From Octopus vulgaris (taxonomy: Eukaryota), in the NCBI GenBank assembly GCA_951406725.2, contig OX597818.1, forward strand, positions 68,634,001-68,698,000: 64,000 bases of DNA. The letters are read 5' to 3'. The translations under genes were made by a program, and so were the position numbers. Positions within the stretch are counted from its first letter, which is position 1, and each line of letters begins with the position of its first letter. Below, piece after piece: positions 56,771 to 64,000 of this stretch. The notes below the pieces were generated by a model. That model worked only from the letters and a program-made list of their open reading frames with translations, was not told the DNA's origin and ran no database searches.

Positions 56771-57313
56771 TTATTATAAAGAACAATTTGAAACAAGTTA
56801 AATCATTCATATTTTTTACATTTACAATTTTTACCATTTCTCTGTTATCTAGGACTCTTAAAAATGTTAGAGGCAAATCCGGAATTTTCCTGAGTGATGT
56901 TTTCCTTCATAAAACTCAATTTGTGAATTTATAGAACATATTTCATAGCAAGCAAAAACGCTATTAACTGCATGTGCAGTGAAATTCAAATTAAATTAAA
57001 CAAACTTTAAAATGCAAAGCTTACCAAAATATGTTTCATTCACTGTTTTTTCGTTTTAGCCATAGGTGTGTGCAGATACGCATCCGTGTGTGTGTGTCTG
57101 TGTGCATGCGTGTGTGTGTGTGTGTGTGTGTGCGTGTGTGTATACATATATATATATTAAGATAAACTTACTTGGAAATGGATGCATGGCATTCAATGAA
57201 ATAATAATATAACTAATATATATATATATATATGCGCATATATACATACATATATGTAAATACATCCATCCATACATACATACATACATATATATATATA
57301 TACATATGCATAT

Positions 57314-57360
<47 letters not shown>

Positions 57361-57595
57361 GTATATATATATACACACATATATTGGTACAGGACATCAC
57401 AAAACGTAAACAACATGAAATATGAAAACAAACCTGGGTACACAAACAATGAGAGAAACAAACGGAAAACAAGACACGTATCATAAAGACCGACCCTTCA
57501 TCAGTTATCGGCTGTCCTTCTATTCCTCATTTTGATATACATAAATATATATATAAATATATATATGTGTGTGTGTGTGTGTATGTAATAGCGCA

Positions 57596-57646
<51 letters not shown>

Positions 57647-57965
57647 GTATATATATGTATATATATGTGTGTGTGTGTATATATATTTACGTATATGTAT
57701 ATATTTATGGTAATATAAAAAACAGTGAGGATGAGTGCTCAACATTGCATTTGTGGATAAATATTCTTCATTTGTCAGCTAACAAAGCTGCCAATGGTTT
57801 CAGGTATTCTCATCCAAGATGGAGTCAAGCACCAATGTTTCAAGACACAGGCTTGATCACTTTTGCGAGATTTCTCTCTTCATGAAACCATTGGTAGCCT
57901 TGTTAGCCCACATACATACACACAGACACACCTACACGCACACACACACACACACACACAGACAG

Positions 57966-57997
<32 letters not shown>

Positions 57998-58139
57998 GTC
58001 AATTCTATTTTTTAATTATCATATAAATCTTCCACTGGGGAGGGAGCCAGTTTCCAACAAAGATACTAGACTCCATCTTTGGCATGTAGCTAACACAGAC
58101 AAATTCATATTTGGAACTTGAGAAAAGTCTTGCATATTT

Positions 58140-58630
58140 CTCCTGTTCCACTCACAGATTGCACTTGTAATGTAATAATTAGCCGGTCAGTTATTCTGAA
58201 AATCCCAGTTTATCCAGATTCTCCTTTAAGCATTTACTAAAAAAACCTTGTGCTCCAATTATTATTGTTATGGATATGAATTTTTAGTCCAAATATAGAA
58301 GCTGGAGGTTGCAAAGCAGTTGTCCATAGATATCCTCTGTTTCCTTGATTTTCAAGGAGATATTAATATCTGCAGGGTAGCTGACGTCTATCGTGGTATA
58401 TATATTTGCCCCTCTGTCCCAAACAACAACATCTGACCTGTCATGTTTACATTTAACAGAATTTTTTATGGGAATATTCCACCAGTATTCTTTGAATTGG
58501 TGTTTATGAACATATTCCATAACTGAGGGATTTTCTAAGTTTATTTCCGGACAGACTTTTTGCGGATGGCATCGTAAATTGTTTTAGCCACAACGTTGTG
58601 CTGCATAGGGAAGTAGTACCATGATGACAT
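58140..58630 (-). pseudogene. R4/Dong-type (restriction-like endonuclease) LINE C-terminal fragment
   Basis: Minus strand ISSCPKMS...PMQHNVVAKTIY and DRSDVVVWDR...IDVSYPADINI..KIKE, corresponding to the RHN and PD-(D/E)xK motifs. Confidence 0.8.
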
Positions 58631-58679
58631 TTTAGGACAGCTGCTAATCAGGAGGGAACATGCATTCTGTGTCCACACA

Positions 58680-58850
58680 TAGGGACTGGTCCCCACATTT
58701 TTGAACAAAGCCTTAGGCTCAATTCAGATATCTATATGAGGCTGCTGGAGACTGTAGTGAAGCCATAACAGGAGAAGGTTGCTTCCAGATGGTTCTAAAT
58801 ATGGCAGAATTCAGCTCCTTATCATATTTCCAGAAATAATTAGAAGTGAA
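58680..58850 (+). pseudogene. maT/Tc1-like transposase fragment
   Basis: PHIFEQSLRLNSDIYMRLLETVVKP...WQNSAPYH (cf. QQDSAPxH). Confidence 0.65.
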
Positions 58851-59825
58851 CTTTATTTACAATGGACAGATAGGCGTCCTCACCTTGTTTGGTGTTACCA
58901 CAATGTTCATTAAGTGTTCTGGTGGAATTTTGAACCCAACCCTTTATTTGACTAATAGGGTACTCTGTTCTTATTCCTAAGGCATTCATTTTTTTAAATA
59001 ACGGTTTTAATCACCACCACCACCACCACCACCATCACCATCATCATCATCAACAACAGCTGTACAAGAATTTGGACCTGGAGATCTCCATTTCCAGTGA
59101 CTTCGAGGGCCACCTCCCAGTGGTGTCGGGCATCAACGAAGAGCCCTCGACTACAACAAGATGACCAAAGTTTTTTTTTCCAAGGTCTGGGGTCTCTTGC
59201 CCCTAAGCCCTAGACCATCAACTAATCACCCTTACCTGTCTTGTTGCTTAACAACAACAAAAAAATCATCAACAACAACATCGTTATCATCATCACCATC
59301 ATTATCATCACCACCACCGTCACCATCATCATCATCATCATCACCATTTTATCCCCCTCTTTTCATCATCTTGTATACACATTTCCATATTTGTATGGCA
59401 CAGACAGAATTTGCTGAAGCAGATTTCCTTACAGCGGGATGCCCCTCCAGTCACCCACCCTCACCTGTTTTGAAGCAGGATTTCACTTCTCTTTGGCCTG
59501 AAATGTTTTTACAGAAGATCGCAAATCAATGCCTCGGCTCGTTTAACAGCTTCATTTGGTTGCAACAGTCACATAATGTTAGGAAATGAAGACACTGACG
59601 TAAGGACACAGCCACACAGACACGGAAACAAATACACACAAATACACACACACATACACACACAAATATATTCGTATACATGTACACACATATCCACAAT
59701 ACTTCATTGGTCAGCCAATGGCTTGGCAGAAGATTTCCAAGTTCACACCTCTAATCTATATTTCACTATCTATACCTGCTTCTCTCTTGGCCTCTTTGTG
59801 TATCTTGCTCTTTAGCTATCTACAA

Positions 59826-60352
<527 letters not shown>

Positions 60353-60873
60353 CACATATACAGATATATACATGTACATATTTCATAAGTAGGCAAGTGT
60401 ATTTCTGTACCATATATATACATATTCAGTAGTTTGTGTGCATCTGTGTATATAGGTGTGTGGAAAGAGTGAAGTTTTAAAATTTGTATGAGACTAGAAC
60501 TAAAGTTTAAATTAATTCCATTCTGTTGGAACCAAATAAATATCTCCTGCCTCCAATATTGTTGTTTAAGTGACAGAATTTTAAGCATGCTATGCTTGAA
60601 AGCATTTCAACTCAATTAGAAATTTAAATTTTTCAAGGAAACACAATGCTACAGATTATGATGGATGTGATGTGGAGAGGATGAGGAAAATACATGTGTA
60701 TATATATATATATATTTAATTTATATAATTTATTTGCATGCTTATATATATATGATTTATATGCATCCACATGTGTGTGTGCGTCTATCATTCTATATCT
60801 GTAAATGTATCTATCTATCTAGCTATCTATCTACATATATATATATATATATATACATATATACGCACACACT

Positions 60874-60916
<43 letters not shown>

Positions 60917-60979
60917 TAATATCTGTATGTAGACACACATATAAACTTGGATACATAAATGTGTATGAGCACATATATG

Positions 60980-61275
60980 CATAGCAGTGGTTGTGTGGTG
61001 AGAAGCTTTCAGGTTAAGTCCCTCTGTGTGGCACTTTGGGAAAGTGCCTTCTGCTATAGCCTTGGGCTGGCCAAAGCCTTGTGAGTGGACTCAGTAGATG
61101 GAAACTGAAAGAAGCCCGTTGTATAACATCTTCCTCCATATCATCCTCCTCAACATCATCCATTTTCGTTTAACGTCCATTTTCCATGCTGGTATGTGTT
61201 GGACAGTTTGACTTAGGTCTAGAAAGCCAGTGGCTGCACCAGGTTCCAATCTGATCTGGCAATGTTTCTACAGCT

Positions 61276-61334
<59 letters not shown>

Positions 61335-61371
61335 CATACATATATATATATATATGTGTATATATATATAA

Positions 61372-61445
<74 letters not shown>

Positions 61446-61640
61446 TTGTGTGTCTGTGTTTGTCTTGCCATCATTGCTTGACAACCGATGTTGGTGTGCT
61501 CCCGTCCCCGAAACTTGGTGGTTCAGCAAAAGAGAACTAGGCTTACAAAGAATAAGTTCTGGGGTTGATTTGTTCGACTAAATTTGGTGCCCCAGTATGG
61601 CCACAGCCAAATGGCTGAAACAAGTAAAAGAATAAAAGAA
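60980..61640 (+). mobile_element. SINE family 2 split by an RTE UTR fragment (~61140-61275) and an (AT)n tract
   Basis: Head 60980-61122 and tail 61445-61640 match family 2. Confidence 0.7.
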
Positions 61641-61691
61641 TATGTATATATATACACATATATATATACACGTGTATATATACATATATAT

Positions 61692-61738
<47 letters not shown>

Positions 61739-62194
61739 TATACACACACATACAAACGCACACTGACATGCATACACCCACATATTCCTTCTGACAATGT
61801 AAAGTGGATATTAAAGCTGTGATGCTAATGAAGTGATACTTATACGCATGTGTGTGTGTGTGTGTGAGTGCTTGTGTGTATGTGCTCATGCATGTGCACA
61901 CGCATGCATGTCACTGTAAGTCTTTCTCCATCAATGTCACATCTATTCGTTGTTATTAACAAAGATAGGTTGTACAGTTCAATGAGCATGTGAGGACTGG
62001 TAGACAAAAAAAATTACATATATAGCTTGGGAACCAAGGAAGTGTTGGTGACAGGGAAAGCACCTGGTAGTATGCTTTAAGATGCTGCATCTAACTCATG
62101 CCAGCTTGTGAAGAGAATGTAAAGTGGTAACAGAAATCTCTCTTTCTGAACTGGAGTAACAAATACTCGGGAACAATAGTCATAGAAATGGAAT

Positions 62195-62550
62195 AGTTGC
62201 AGATGTGGCAGTGTGGTAAGAAGTTTGCTTCACAAGCACATGGCTCTGGGTTCAGTCCCACTGTGTGGCTCCTTGGGTAAGCGTCTCCTGCGAAAGCTTC
62301 TAACTAACCCAAGTGTTGTGGGTGGATTTGGTAGACTGAGAGTGAAAGCAGTCTCTCATGTGTGTTCCCTGCCACCACTTGTCAACTGATGTTGGTTTAT
62401 TTACGTCCCCATAACTTAGTGGTTTGGCAAAGAGACCAATAGAACAAGTGCCATACATAAAATAAAGTGCTGGAGTCAGTACATTCGGCTAAGAATACTT
62501 CAAGATTGTGCTCCAGTATGGCCACAGCCTACAGATTGAAACAAGTAAAA
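62195..62550 (+). mobile_element. Older SINE family 2 copy
   Basis: Diverged but colinear with 41695-42100. Confidence 0.75.
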
Positions 62551-63179
62551 TATAAGTGATTATAAAAAAAAAGATAAATTGTTTTACCTTCCCTGGCAGC
62601 AGACATAATTTTAATTAATCTAGAATTTATTTTGAATGGTATTTATTATGCCCTTATTGAACCTTGTTGCTCAAATGCATGCGTCTGGCCCTGCCGCATT
62701 ATTTCTGGCAGCTCGTCTTAATTCTAAATACCTGTGCATATTTCTGTGTGTATATGTGCATTCATGTGTGTGTGAATATATACACACACATACAGAAATA
62801 CAGAGAGACGCAGACATCTCTACGGATGCTCGTACAGACATCGACAAACATAATAATAAACATATGTGTGAGTAAGCTTTTGGGTGCCACGGCTACTCCA
62901 GCATACGCACGGATGTATGCAAATAGAGATAATTATAAACCTATCAGTCTTACTCATGTATACGCATACATGCAAATACATGGGTGCATATGGGTGTGTA
63001 TGCACACACACACACACACACATCAATCAATTTTTTTCTCTCTCTCTCTTTATATAGATATCCGTGTGAGTGTGGGTATGTATAAAATCAATACAGGTAC
63101 TTGAAACAGCATTAGATTAAGATAATGATATGTATATCATTTATAATGTATATAGAATATTACAGCTAGCACCTTCTAC

Positions 63180-63324
63180 GTTTGAGTGTGTATATTTCTA
63201 TATACAAATATATATGTGTGCATGTGCATATATGTATTATTATCATATGTATATATGCGTGTGTACCACACTCTCTCTCTCTCAATATATATATATATAT
63301 GTATTTGTGTGTGCATATGTGTGT

Positions 63325-63366
<42 letters not shown>

Positions 63367-63752
63367 TTACATATGTATACACACACACATATATATATAT
63401 ACACACACATATATATATACACACACAAGCATATTTGGATTTGTTTGATTATTGTAATTGTGAATGCTCATGAATGTGAATAATAATCAACAAATATATA
63501 TACAAAGGGATTGAATGGCTGTATGCGTGTGTGTGTGTGTGTGTTTATGTAAATACATACATACGCACATACACATGCACACATACACACATATATATAT
63601 ATGTGTGTGTGTATATATATATATATAGATATATAGATAGATACATATATATGTATATATTTGTGTGTGTGTGTGTGTGTGTATAAATACATACATTTGC
63701 ACAAACACATGCACACATACACACAGATATATATATATAGATAGATAGATAG

Positions 63753-63844
<92 letters not shown>

Positions 63845-63845
63845 T

Positions 63846-63888
<43 letters not shown>

Positions 63889-63895
63889 GTATATA
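63180..63895. repeat. (AT)n/(GT)n/(AC)n microsatellite field
   Basis: Directly visible. Confidence 0.9.
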
Positions 63896-64000
63896 CATTT
63901 ATTTGTGAAGCTGATTATGAAGCCAACAACGAAATAAACAATTGTAGATCTACAAATAAAAATGGCCAAAAGTGATTTGCATTACAATCGATTTCATTGT

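Overview
AT-rich, repeat-saturated animal genomic DNA. The SINE/LINE repertoire and the dense (AT)n/(AC)n/(GAT)n/(GATA)n microsatellites suggest a cephalopod such as Octopus (inference). I could not support any intact host protein-coding gene; nearly all long ORFs are microsatellite artefacts. Recognisable content: three tRNA-derived SINE families, RTE, RTE-BovB, CR1 and R4/Dong LINE fragments, two Penelope-like (PLE) ORF remnants, mariner/Tc1-type and CMC/EnSpm-like DNA-transposon relics, MITEs, a CpG-rich solo LTR and a 2.5-kb (GAT)n array. The most notable signal is a set of hammerhead-ribozyme (HHR) motifs read by eye at about seven loci. Four of these loci are 420-580 bp fold-back mini-elements with one minimal HHR per arm; two of them are head-to-head dimers of a tRNA-headed SINE-like unit. 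A further clean HHR lies downstream of a Naiad-type PLE GIY-YIG ORF, a plausible mobilising partner. Coordinates were counted by hand and repeat boundaries are approximate.
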